DNA of 64,000 nucleotides. It comes from a candidate division FCPU426 bacterium (GTDB lineage Bacteria; Oederibacteriota; JAAXVQ01; JAUVAV01). Positions 40,211 to 49,314 of the stretch are shown piece after piece (position 1 is the first letter of the stretch; each line of letters opens with the position of its first letter). The notes under the pieces are model-generated. The model did not search any database, was not told the origin of the DNA, and worked only from the letters and a program-made list of their open reading frames with translations. The position numbers and the translations under genes are program-made. The stretch spans positions 160,001-224,000 of the forward strand of contig JBFLYH010000001.1 of the NCBI GenBank assembly GCA_040756875.1, given 5' to 3'.

Positions 40211-41935
40211 GTGAAACCTGGCAACATCATTCTCGCTCTTTTTCTGGTGATCGGCGTATTCTTGGTGATGATGGGACTGCAGATCGTGTCCTTCAGCACG
40301 GCATTTATTTTCATCGCCGTGCTGACGGTGATCGCCCTGATACTGATCGCCGTTTCCCTCAATAAAGGGCCGGAAGCGAAAGCCGCGGCGGCCGCGGCGG
40401 CCGCCGGAACGGCGGTCAAGACTCAGCCGGCGCTCATCGAGCCACCCAAGCCTGAATTGCCCAAAATATTGCAAAGCAAGACCCCTGAAACCCCGGCCGA
40501 AGCCCCGACTCCTCCGGTGGCTGAACTGGTGGTTCCCAACCAGCCCCTGGAAGTCATCACGCATTTGGCTGAACCCGAGCCTGCGGTAGAAGCGCCGGTT
40601 TCGGCTCCGGAATCCCTTGCCGCCGAGCCGGCGGTTTACGCAGAACCCCAGGCAGCAACGGTTGAAATCCAACCCCCCGTTTCTCCGGATACCGAGGTAA
40701 AGCCGGAAATAGAGCAAACCATCGAACTGGTCGCTCCTGCCCCTGTTCAGCTTGAACCCGCGTCAGAACCGGTTGCCGAACCCGCGCCAGTGCCAGTGCC
40801 TGAGCCCGTGCCCGAGCCTGCTGCTGAATCCGAGTTCGCGGCAGCGCCTGAACCCGAGCCAGCCTCCGAACCGGAACCGGACTGGGCGTCAGCGGTTGAA
40901 GCGGTGCCTGAACCGGCGTTCGAACCCTCGCCCGAACCTGAGCCTGCGGCGGCGCCGGAGCCATTGCCCGAACCTGCCGCCGAACCCGTGATGGCAGCCG
41001 AACCGGAATCAGCGCCACTGGCCGTCCCTGAGCCTGCCGTGGAAACCCAGCCAGAACCCGTTACGGCGCCTGGGCCTGAGGTCCAACCCGAACCGAAAGT
41101 CGAGGTTGAAGCCCAGGACCGGCAGGAAACCCCGGCACGTCCTGAAAGCCAAGCGGTTGCCGTGCCGGAAGCAAACGCCAGTCCCAGGCCGTCCTGGGCG
41201 CCGATGGAAAAAGAGCTTACAGGATCCGCGGCGCAGCCGGAGGAGCCGGTCTCCGCCCGCTTGGAAGTGCCGGCTGCCCACCCCCCGGGCGTGGAAGAAC
41301 TGGTCGTGCCCAGCCGCGATGTGTCCCGGATGGAAGTCCGGACGGTTCCGTCGCCTGTCATTCCAAACCGGCTGAACCGCGGCGAACGCGGCAGCGCGGA
41401 GACGCGTTCCATTCCCGCGGAATTGGGCCAAAGACTGGCCCAGCTGCGCCAGCAATGGTTCGAAGCCTGGGTGGAAGGCATACGCCGCTTCAACCGGCAG
41501 CAGCGTCAAACCGGGGTCCGGATTCCGCTGGAGCACTCCCGCTTGGGCGGGGAGGCGGAAATCGCCCTGCGGGTTTACCAGGTGAATCTGGTTGCGGATT
41601 ATCTGCGTCGTTATCCATACCTGCCCGGCCAGGAAGCGGTTGATTTCCTGGCCAAACTCGAGCAACAGGTTTTCGGCGCCGAGCGGGAGGTCTGCTTGTC
41701 ATACCGGAAAAAGACTGAATCCGACGAGGCCGATCCGGTCGGGCGCTTCGCCGCGCACGTGCCCGCCGTCAGCGCGTATTTGGCCGGGAGGAATCCCGGC
41801 GACCTGGTTGCCAAACTGCTGCTGGACAAGCTGCCGGCGTGGGTGGAAGGCAATCAACTGGAAATCGCCCAGGCCCTGGGCGACAAACGCACGGCCAATA
41901 AACTCGGCAACCGGCTCCGCCAAGGCGTGCGCTGA
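40211..41935 (+). CDS. Membrane-anchored protein with a long Pro/Glu/Ala linker and helical C-terminal domain
   Basis: Two N-terminal TM helices, about 250 aa low-complexity EP-rich stalk; GTG after AAGGAG. Confidence 0.75.
   Translation: MKPGNIILALFLVIGVFLVMMGLQIVSFSTAFIFIAVLTVIALILIAVSLNKGPEAKAAAAAAAAGTAVKTQPALIEPPKPELPKILQSKTPETPAEAPTPPVAELVVPNQPLEVITHLAEPEPAVEAPVSAPESLAAEPAVYAEPQAATVEIQPPVSPDTEVKPEIEQTIELVAPAPVQLEPASEPVAEPAPVPVPEPVPEPAAESEFAAAPEPEPASEPEPDWASAVEAVPEPAFEPSPEPEPAAAPEPLPEPAAEPVMAAEPESAPLAVPEPAVETQPEPVTAPGPEVQPEPKVEVEAQDRQETPARPESQAVAVPEANASPRPSWAPMEKELTGSAAQPEEPVSARLEVPAAHPPGVEELVVPSRDVSRMEVRTVPSPVIPNRLNRGERGSAETRSIPAELGQRLAQLRQQWFEAWVEGIRRFNRQQRQTGVRIPLEHSRLGGEAEIALRVYQVNLVADYLRRYPYLPGQEAVDFLAKLEQQVFGAEREVCLSYRKKTESDEADPVGRFAAHVPAVSAYLAGRNPGDLVAKLLLDKLPAWVEGNQLEIAQALGDKRTANKLGNRLRQGVR
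40750..41110 (+). repeat. Imperfect coding repeats (EPxPEP / EPAAEP)
   Basis: Recurrent GAACC/GAGCC units encoding Glu-Pro. Confidence 0.65.
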
Positions 41936-41968
41936 CCGGGCCGGCAAAACGGAAGGCGAGGGACCGCG

Positions 41969-43243
41969 ATGAGTTCACTGCTCGAATTCAACCAGCAACC
42001 CAGCCCGTTCATCGACGACGTGCTCGTGCTGTCGGTCAGGGGCTCGATCGATTCGGAAACCGCGCCGCGGTTCGAAAAAGAGTTGTCCGCACTGCTGACC
42101 GGCGGCCATTCGCGGGTGCTGGTGGACATGGCTGAAACTGAATACGTCAGCTCGGCCGGGGTGGGCGTTTTCATCGGCATGATCCAGGAATTCCGTTCGC
42201 GTCCCGACGGCGACATCAAAGCCTGCCGGGTTTCCAAAAAAATCCTGAAAATATTCGAGTCCATCGGCCTGGACGACATGCTCGATATTTATCCGGATGC
42301 GCAGTCCTTGACCATCTGGACCGCGGCGCCCCAGATCGAAGAGACACTCAGCCGTTTCGCGCTGGCGGTTCCCGCGGCCGAGGTCTATTGCGGCGAGGAA
42401 TTCGTTCTGCGGGTCGAGGCCAGGGATTCCAAGGGCGCGCTGGCCATGGACTACCAGGCCGCGCCCGCGTTGCAGGTCTCGGCCGGCATGATTTTTCCCG
42501 TAGAACTCCTGGGGTTTTACCAGGGTTCGTGGCAAGGCAAGGTTAGGGTTACGGCTTCCGGAGAACTCACACTGACCGTGAAAGACGGCCACCACGTCGG
42601 CAACCTGACCCTGGCCGTGAAGGAACGCGAGCGGAAAGCGGTCTTTCCCATTGTCCACCAGTGCCCCACCTGCCGCGCCCAGATTCAGGTCCAAGGACCG
42701 GACTTGTATCGCTGCGAGATGTGCGACGAGACCTTTCGCGTGGATGATTGGGGGCATGTTTTCACCCTGAAGCCGGGCAGCCTGGCGCGCCGCCGCAAAT
42801 CGCGTTACAAGGGCATCGACATCCGGATGAACGCGGATGTGAATTACCTGGGCGTCATCCGCCAAACCGTCAGCAGCATCTGTCAGAAAGAAGGCATGGA
42901 CGATGTGACCACCAACGCCGTGACCCTGGCGGTCGAGGAAATCCTGCTCAACATCATCGAGCACGGCAACGACTATGATCCCTGGCAGATCCTGCGCCTG
43001 CGCCTGGAATTCCAAAAGAAGCAGGCCAAAATCCAGATCAGGGATTACGGAGATCCCTTCGATGTGACCAAACGCAAGGATTTGTCGCTGAAGTCGAAGA
43101 TCGCCCAGGGGGCCAAGCGCGGGGTGGGCGGCCTGCTGGTCAATCAGTTGATGGATCAGGTCAAATATGAAAGCCTGCCCACCTACAACCAGCTGACCCT
43201 GATCAAGCGATACGGCGAAGCTGAACCTGGAACCGCGACCTGA
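41969..43243 (+). CDS. STAS anti-anti-sigma / Zn ribbon / RsbW-like kinase fusion
   Basis: VRGSID...YVSSAGVG (STAS); CPTC-x13-CEMC; LAVEEILLNIIEHG, IRDYGDPFD, RGVGGLLVNQLMD (HATPase_c_2). Confidence 0.85.
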   Translation: MSSLLEFNQQPSPFIDDVLVLSVRGSIDSETAPRFEKELSALLTGGHSRVLVDMAETEYVSSAGVGVFIGMIQEFRSRPDGDIKACRVSKKILKIFESIGLDDMLDIYPDAQSLTIWTAAPQIEETLSRFALAVPAAEVYCGEEFVLRVEARDSKGALAMDYQAAPALQVSAGMIFPVELLGFYQGSWQGKVRVTASGELTLTVKDGHHVGNLTLAVKERERKAVFPIVHQCPTCRAQIQVQGPDLYRCEMCDETFRVDDWGHVFTLKPGSLARRRKSRYKGIDIRMNADVNYLGVIRQTVSSICQKEGMDDVTTNAVTLAVEEILLNIIEHGNDYDPWQILRLRLEFQKKQAKIQIRDYGDPFDVTKRKDLSLKSKIAQGAKRGVGGLLVNQLMDQVKYESLPTYNQLTLIKRYGEAEPGTAT

Positions 43244-43276
43244 AGCCCCGCCGAACAGACATGGATGAAGGGAAAT

Positions 43277-43309
43277 AAAAAAGCCGGGAGCTGTTGCTCC
43301 CGGCTTTTT
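43277..43309. terminator. Bidirectional intrinsic terminator
   Basis: AAAAAAGCCGGGAGC-TGTT-GCTCCCGGCTTTTT between convergent genes. Confidence 0.9.
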
Positions 43310-43324
43310 GCATTTATCAGGTTT

Positions 43325-43546
43325 TTACTGGGATTCCTCGGTTTCGCTTTCTTCGGAAGACTCATCCTCGCCCATCTCTTCGTCTTCGGCTTGATTCTTG
43401 TCCTCGCCCATGGTTTGGCCGCCGGATTGGACGGTTGTCTCTTTCTTGCCTCCGTTAGAGCCCATGGCCTGCGCACTGCCGTGAATCCAGGGGATTAAGG
43501 CCGCGACGAACAATCCGATCAACAACCCCATCCATACTTTACGCAT
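43325..43546 (-). CDS. Small exported acidic protein
   Basis: AAAGGAG RBS, signal peptide ending AQA, Glu/Asp/Ser-rich tail, own terminator. Confidence 0.7.
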   Translation of the reverse strand: MRKVWMGLLIGLFVAALIPWIHGSAQAMGSNGGKKETTVQSGGQTMGEDKNQAEDEEMGEDESSEESETEESQ

Positions 43547-43615
43547 CCTACGCTTGCTCCTTTCTATGAGATGTGGAACAGGATTGCTAGTATAGCATAA
43601 AAACCGGCTAAAAAA

Positions 43616-44854
43616 TCATCGTTGGTGACGGGAATCGCCTCCGGTGATCAAACGGGAAATTTTTGCCATGAACGTGCCGGTTTCGGTTTTCAACCTTTTA
43701 AGCAATATGCGCGCCCAGGCCACTTCAGTAGCCAGAATGCCCAATCCAGCGGCGATCACTAAAAGCCCTGGGCCGGGGGTGATCAGCATGACCAAACCGG
43801 CCAGCAGGACGGTGGTTCCGATCAACACCACCGCCAGACGGCGCAGTCCCTGGTACGTTACTTGCGCCAGCTGGCCGAGGTCCTGGGCCAGCGGGGAGGC
43901 GGGATCCGTGCCAGGCCGGGGAGCGATGAAGATGGCCGCCAGCAATCCTCCGGCGACCAGACAGCCGATCACCGCCAGGACCGTAAGCGGCCGCAGGGGG
44001 CGGAGCGGGTCCAACACCAAGACCAGGCCTAAAAAAAGCAGCAAAAAGACCTGGCTGAGGCGGATGAACCGGAGCCGGCTCATGAGCGAAGCCAGGGCGA
44101 AGTACAGGGAGCGAAGCCCCAGGAGGGAAAACAAAGTGGCGGTCATGGCGATCCAAGGGTCGTGGGTGACGGCAAAAATTGCGGGAACCGTATCTGCGGC
44201 AAACAGCAGGTTGGACGTCATCACCAGCAACAGGGCTGCGAACAACGGGGTTGCAGCCGGCCGGCCTGCGGAGGGCACCCAGAAGCGTCCGCCGGCCTGA
44301 TCCGCAACGGACGGGAATAAGCGGCGGCTCAGCCAAACCGCGGGATTGCGTTCCGGCAGCAGGTGCCCCTGCCGTGACACCGCCAGCTTGACTGCGGTGG
44401 CGATAAGCAGCAGACCGAACAGGTAGTCGATCCAAAGCAAGCGGTGCACGAGAAACGAACCCCCGGCCAAGGCCAGCGATCTGAGCGTGATCATGCCCGC
44501 CAAACCCCAAAACAGGACGCGGTGCTGGCATTCCAGGCAGATGCGCAAGGAGGCGAATATGCAGGCGATGAGATAGATATTGTCCAGGCTGAGCGACTTT
44601 TCGAGCAGAAAACCCGCGAAAAACTGCCGGGCAGCCTGGCGCGGCGTCAGTGAGGAAACGGCGGCTATGGCCGGATCGGAGTAATAAAAATAAATAAAGA
44701 AATTAAACAGCAGGGCCAAAGCGAACCACACGGCGGATAAAAACCAGGCCCGGCTGATGGACAAGCTTGCAGCCGGCGGTTGCAGGATCCGCGTTTCCAG
44801 CAGCAAAAGCAGGATGGCGACCAAGGGAAGTAAAAACCAAGCCCAGAGGGACAT
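43616..44854 (-). CDS. TerC/Alx-family membrane protein fused to a PGPGW-like TM domain
   Basis: LEKSLSLDN, QHRVLFWG, ATPLF, LGLRSLYF; C-terminal MLITPGPG...LATEVAWA. Confidence 0.85.
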   Translation of the reverse strand: MSLWAWFLLPLVAILLLLLETRILQPPAASLSISRAWFLSAVWFALALLFNFFIYFYYSDPAIAAVSSLTPRQAARQFFAGFLLEKSLSLDNIYLIACIFASLRICLECQHRVLFWGLAGMITLRSLALAGGSFLVHRLLWIDYLFGLLLIATAVKLAVSRQGHLLPERNPAVWLSRRLFPSVADQAGGRFWVPSAGRPAATPLFAALLLVMTSNLLFAADTVPAIFAVTHDPWIAMTATLFSLLGLRSLYFALASLMSRLRFIRLSQVFLLLFLGLVLVLDPLRPLRPLTVLAVIGCLVAGGLLAAIFIAPRPGTDPASPLAQDLGQLAQVTYQGLRRLAVVLIGTTVLLAGLVMLITPGPGLLVIAAGLGILATEVAWARILLKRLKTETGTFMAKISRLITGGDSRHQR

Positions 44855-44900
44855 CACAGGGCCTCCCCAAGTCCCGGAGAAGCAAAAAGGCGGCGGCGGT

Positions 44901-45506
44901 TCACTTGCCCTGGCGGCTGAAACGGCCGAGCGCATCATCCAGCCGGTTGGTTTCGGGGTGGAGGAAAGGAAACGCCGACGGACTGACGGTCCGGATGTCT
45001 TCCACGGTGTATACAGCTTGGGGATCGTGGCATTTGACGATCTCCAGAATTTCCCGGATGCGTTTGCGCTTGACGATGGAAAACAGCACTTTGACCGGGC
45101 GAAAGAGCCCTTGCCCGTCGATGGTGGTCACGCCGAACCCGCTTTCACGCAAATTGGCCAGCAAATCCGGCGTGGGCTGGGGCGTGATGATGCGGATGAT
45201 GGACAAGCCCATGGCCAGACGGTTTTCCAGCCACATGCCCGCGAAGGTGCCGGTGGCGAATCCGCCGGCGAAAGCGAAATACGTGGCCAGATTGTTGAGG
45301 TTGCGCATGAGCTGAGTGATGGCCAAAAGCCAGATCAGGACTTCGACGAATCCGATGAGCGGCGCCCAATACCGCTGGCCGCGGGTGATGAAGATGATGC
45401 GGATGGTGCCCAGGGTGACGTCCACGACGCGGGCGCAAAAGATCAAAAGCGGCAAAAGCACCCACTGGAAAACGCTGCTTTGCGCCCATTCGCTCAAAAT
45501 CGGCAT
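44901..45506 (-). CDS. DUF2179/UPF0316 membrane protein
   Basis: ARVVDVTLGTIRI, GFVEVLIW, GGFATG, GFGVT. Confidence 0.85.
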   Translation of the reverse strand: MPILSEWAQSSVFQWVLLPLLIFCARVVDVTLGTIRIIFITRGQRYWAPLIGFVEVLIWLLAITQLMRNLNNLATYFAFAGGFATGTFAGMWLENRLAMGLSIIRIITPQPTPDLLANLRESGFGVTTIDGQGLFRPVKVLFSIVKRKRIREILEIVKCHDPQAVYTVEDIRTVSPSAFPFLHPETNRLDDALGRFSRQGK

Positions 45507-45686
45507 GGGGTTCGGACTCCTTGGCAGGGTGGCCTATTCCCGGTTGCGGGACTCCATTATCACCGTAGAGTATCGGAAGTCAATGAATTATGGTTGACCG
45601 GTGCTTGCAGGATGGCCGTCAGGCGGGTATGATAGGGGCGTTCGAGGCGCTAGGAGGGAAAATTCCAAGCGGGGAGGGCAGCTGCC

Positions 45687-46064
45687 ATGTTGAAAGCGAA
45701 GCATGTCATGACCACCGAGGTGGTCACCATCGGCCCCGAAGCCACATTGGCCGAGGCCATCGGAGTGTTGTTGGAAAAAAAGATCAGCGGTATGCCGGTC
45801 GTTGACATTCAGAAGCGTTTGGTGGGGATTATTTCCGAAAAGGATATGCTCAATTTTGCGTTCAGCGGCAATCTGGCACTGACCAAAGTCGGGGAAGCCA
45901 TGACCCGCGAGATCGTCAGTTTTCCTCCTGAGACCGACGTGGCGGAAATTGCGCTGGCCATCGGCCAGCGCAATTTCCGGCGCGTGCCGATCGTGGAAGC
46001 GGGGCGCGTGGTGGGTATCGTTTCCCGGCGCGACATTATCCGGGTGGCCCTGCTGGGCAAGTAA
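45687..46064 (+). CDS. CBS-pair protein
   Basis: ISGMPVV, GIISEKD, RRVPIV, GIVSRRD. Confidence 0.92.
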   Translation: MLKAKHVMTTEVVTIGPEATLAEAIGVLLEKKISGMPVVDIQKRLVGIISEKDMLNFAFSGNLALTKVGEAMTREIVSFPPETDVAEIALAIGQRNFRRVPIVEAGRVVGIVSRRDIIRVALLGK

Positions 46065-46251
46065 ACCATCCTGCGGCAGCCGGCAGAAGCGATGGATCAG
46101 GGCCGGAAATGAAGCGGTCATGCGGACCGTTCCGCATGACCGAAACTGCCGCGTTCACTCCCTCCCGAAGCATCCCCGGGGAGGCCACACCCTTCCTTTG
46201 CGGAAAACCACGGGTCCTGCCGCGCGCCTGCACTTGCGCCGGCCGCCTGCG

Positions 46252-46297
46252 TATTACGAGTTGACGTAATAAAATAAAAATGGTACAACAATACCAT
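46252..46297 (+). promoter_or_regulatory. Promoter with two palindromes upstream of the second rrf2
   Basis: TTGACG(46261)-17-TACAAC; TATTACG-N6-CGTAATA (46252-46271) over the -35 and ATGGTA-N6-TACCAT (46280-46297) over the -10. Confidence 0.65.
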
Positions 46298-46319
46298 AAT
46301 AAGACTGGAGGAGGATGAA

Positions 46320-46811
46320 ATGGCGGGTTTGCTGAGGGTGTCGGAAGCGGCCACCTTGGGATTACATGCGCTCGCTTTCTTGGCGCAGAATCCCGCGCGC
46401 AGGAATTCCAGCCGGGAAATGGCCCGGGTTTTACAGGCTTCGGAAGCGCACCTGGCCAAGGTAATGCAGCGGCTGGAGCGTGCGGGGTTGGTGCGCGGGC
46501 GCCGCGGGCCGGCTGGCGGCTTTATGCTGCTGGTTCCGGCGGAAAAACTTTCCTTGCTCCGCGTGTATGAAGCGATTGAAGGACCGCTGCAGAGCGAACA
46601 GTGCCTGCTGGGGCAACCGATCAGCCGGCATGCCTGCCCATTGGGAAGGTTGATTAAGGGCTTGGAGAGAGACTTGGCGAAAAAACTGGAGGCGGCCACC
46701 GTAGCGGACTTCGCCACTCAGGCCAATCTGCGTAAATGTTCGGGATTCAAAGAAACGGGAGGGAAAATCCATGCAGCTCAGCGGCGCAACGCGGGTTCAA
46801 GAACTGCTTGA
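46320..46811 (+). CDS. Rrf2-family transcriptional regulator
   Basis: SEAATLGLH, HLAKVMQRL, RGPAGGF, VYEAIEG. Confidence 0.9.
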   Translation: MAGLLRVSEAATLGLHALAFLAQNPARRNSSREMARVLQASEAHLAKVMQRLERAGLVRGRRGPAGGFMLLVPAEKLSLLRVYEAIEGPLQSEQCLLGQPISRHACPLGRLIKGLERDLAKKLEAATVADFATQANLRKCSGFKETGGKIHAAQRRNAGSRTA

Positions 46812-48231
46812 AGCCCATCCGTATTTGATCGACTTTTTAGCCGGCTACCACCCTAAATTCCACCTTCTGAAAAATCCTGTCATGCGGATCACCATCGGCC
46901 GGGTGGCAACGTTGAAGATGGTGGCTGCCATGGGCGAAATCGAACTGGGAAAACTGCTGCGGGATGTCCAACAGGCCATCAAAGCAAAGACCCGCACCCT
47001 GGTCGAGATCGCGGAAACGCTGCCTGAGGAGGACCGCCAAGCCAAAGTGGAAGCTTTAAAGGCCATTATTCAAGGGTTGCATGCCAGCGGCGACATGAAC
47101 AATGCACGGCAGCAATTCAATTTGCTGCTGCAGGATGTGCAGGCGGATGAGATTCGCCACCTGGAAGAGGATTTGGTCAAGCAAGGCATGCCCGTGCAGG
47201 AGATCCAGCGGCTGTGTGATCTGCACGTCGGTGTTTTTAAGGACGCCTTGGAGAAAAAACAGGAGGCTTCAGTGCCGCCTGGACATCCTGTGCACACCTA
47301 TCAACAGGAAAACCGCCTGCTGGAAGCTCGCGTTGAAGCTCTGGATTGCCTCCTGAAAGCTTTGGGACAGCCGCCTGACAAGGGGAAAATGCGGGAATTG
47401 AAACCGGAGTTTCAGGCCGCCGTTGCGGGGCTGGCGCCATTGGAATTGCACTATGTGCGCAAAGAAAACCAACTATTTCCCTTTATGGAAAAGCACGGCA
47501 TCACCGCGCCACCCCAGGTGATGTGGGGGGTGCATAACGAGATCCGCGCCCTGGGCAAGCAGGTGAGGCAGGCGCTGGCTGCGGACGATGCCCATACGCT
47601 GGCCGAACAAGGCGCAGCCTGGTTGCGGGCGGTTGTTGAAATGATCTATAAGGAGGAAAAAATCCTATTTCCCATGGTTTTGAACGCCTTCAGCCAAGAA
47701 GAGTGGAATGAAATCCGGCACGGCGAGGATGAACTCGGTTATGCCGTCGCTCCGGGCCAGGAATGGCAACCAAACGGAGGCGGACAAATTCATCAAAAGG
47801 AGAACCGACCTATGCAATCCCAAGTAACCCTGAAAACGGGCGGTCTGACAATGGAGCAACTGGACCTGATGCTGAAGCATCTGCCGGTGGATGTCAGTTT
47901 CGTGGACGAACAGGACGAGGTGCGTTACTACAATGACGTCAAAGACCGGATCTTTCCCCGCTCGCCGGGAGTCATTGGCCGCAAGGTTCAGCAATGCCAT
48001 CCGCCTAAAAGCGTGCACATGGTCCAGCAGATATTGGATGAATTCAAGGCCGGCCGCAAAAACACGGCGGAGTTTTGGCTTGATCTGCATGGCCGCAAAC
48101 TGCACATCCGGTATTTCGCGGTGCGCGACCAGGCGGGACAATACCGCGGCACTTTGGAAGTCAGCCAGGATATCACTGCCATTCAGCGTTTGGCTGGGGA
48201 GCGGCGCCTGTTGGATTGGGAAAAGCCCTGA
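46771..48231 (+). CDS. DUF1858/DUF438-hemerythrin-PAS protein
   Basis: LCDLH, GHPV...EN, HYVRKENQLFP, VMWGVHNEIR, KEEKILFP, PAS with CHPPKS. Confidence 0.88.
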   Translation: MQLSGATRVQELLEAHPYLIDFLAGYHPKFHLLKNPVMRITIGRVATLKMVAAMGEIELGKLLRDVQQAIKAKTRTLVEIAETLPEEDRQAKVEALKAIIQGLHASGDMNNARQQFNLLLQDVQADEIRHLEEDLVKQGMPVQEIQRLCDLHVGVFKDALEKKQEASVPPGHPVHTYQQENRLLEARVEALDCLLKALGQPPDKGKMRELKPEFQAAVAGLAPLELHYVRKENQLFPFMEKHGITAPPQVMWGVHNEIRALGKQVRQALAADDAHTLAEQGAAWLRAVVEMIYKEEKILFPMVLNAFSQEEWNEIRHGEDELGYAVAPGQEWQPNGGGQIHQKENRPMQSQVTLKTGGLTMEQLDLMLKHLPVDVSFVDEQDEVRYYNDVKDRIFPRSPGVIGRKVQQCHPPKSVHMVQQILDEFKAGRKNTAEFWLDLHGRKLHIRYFAVRDQAGQYRGTLEVSQDITAIQRLAGERRLLDWEKP

Positions 48232-48279
48232 GTTGCGGGAAAACGGCGCGAACGGAACGACTTGACGAGAGGTGAGGAA

Positions 48280-48612
48280 ATGGACCAGTCCGTGGATTCG
48301 ATTCGCGGCCAGGCCGGTCGTCTGGCTGCGTTGGTGGATTATCAGACCGGAGCGGTCGTGAGCCGCACGCTGATTGACAAGAGCGCGGGCACGGTGACTT
48401 TGTTTGCCTTTGACCGCGGCCAAGGCTTAAGCGAACATACGGCGCCTTTCGATGCCCTGGTTTTCATATATGAGGGAGCGGCGGAGGTGACCATCAGCGG
48501 GGAAGGGCGCCGGGTGATAGGCGGTGAAGTGATTCTCATGCCCGCCCGTCAGCCGCACAGCCTGCGCGCTTTGGAACCGTTTAAAATGATGCTGGTGATG
48601 ATCAGGCAATAA
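48280..48612 (+). CDS. Cupin-domain protein
   Basis: TLFAFDRGQGLSEHTAPFDA, MPARQPH. Confidence 0.9.
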   Translation: MDQSVDSIRGQAGRLAALVDYQTGAVVSRTLIDKSAGTVTLFAFDRGQGLSEHTAPFDALVFIYEGAAEVTISGEGRRVIGGEVILMPARQPHSLRALEPFKMMLVMIRQ

Positions 48613-48614
48613 AC

Positions 48615-49271
48615 TCAGGCTTTGGGCGCGGTGCGTTTGGCGAACTGGTGGCGCAAAAATTCCCAGACGGCGGGAAGTATTGAAACGAAAATGATGCCTA
48701 AAATAACCAGTGTGAAGTTTTTCCGGACCATGGGTAAATTGCCGAAAAAATAACCCCCGTAAACGAACATGCCGACCCATGCCACCCCGCCGATCACGTT
48801 ATAACTGATGAATTTCAGATAATTCATCGTCCCGATGCCGGCCACGAACGGCGCGAACGTGCGGATGATGGGGATGAAACGGGCCAGGATGATGGTCTTG
48901 CCGCCGTGCCGTTCGTAAAACCGGTGGGTTTTTTCCAGATGCTTTTTATTCAGCAGGAAGAGCCGTTCCGAAGAGAACACTTTGGGCCCCAGGAAGTGCC
49001 CGATCCAGTAGTTGACCGTGTCGCCCAGGATGGCAGCGATGGTCAGGAGGATGAACAAAAGATGGGCGTTCAAGCTGCCCAGCGCCGCAAAAGTACCGGT
49101 GGCGAAAATCAGGGAATCGCCGGGCAGGATCGGCGTCACGACCAGCCCGGTCTCGCAAAAAATGATCATAAAGAACAGGACATACACCCACGGGCCGAAA
49201 TACGCGATGATTTGGCCCAAGTGATGATCCATGTGCATTACATAATCCCATGCCAAGTGAATCAATTCCAT
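48615..49271 (-). CDS. dedA: DedA family membrane protein
   Basis: FCETGLVVTPILPGDSL, GDTVNY, ARFIPIIRTFAPFVAG. Confidence 0.93.
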   Translation of the reverse strand: MELIHLAWDYVMHMDHHLGQIIAYFGPWVYVLFFMIIFCETGLVVTPILPGDSLIFATGTFAALGSLNAHLLFILLTIAAILGDTVNYWIGHFLGPKVFSSERLFLLNKKHLEKTHRFYERHGGKTIILARFIPIIRTFAPFVAGIGTMNYLKFISYNVIGGVAWVGMFVYGGYFFGNLPMVRKNFTLVILGIIFVSILPAVWEFLRHQFAKRTAPKA

Positions 49272-49314
49272 GTCAGTCCCCGTTTCTTTTGAAAGTCGGA
49301 AGCGGAAAGCAAAC

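Noticed and set aside
40750-41110. CRISPR array or VNTR
   Set aside because: The repeats are imperfect, in frame and encode a Pro/Glu linker; there are no spacers or cas genes.
46100-46152. Hammerhead ribozyme suggested by stem plus GAAAC
   Set aside because: No CUGANGA core on either strand; kept only as a generic structure.
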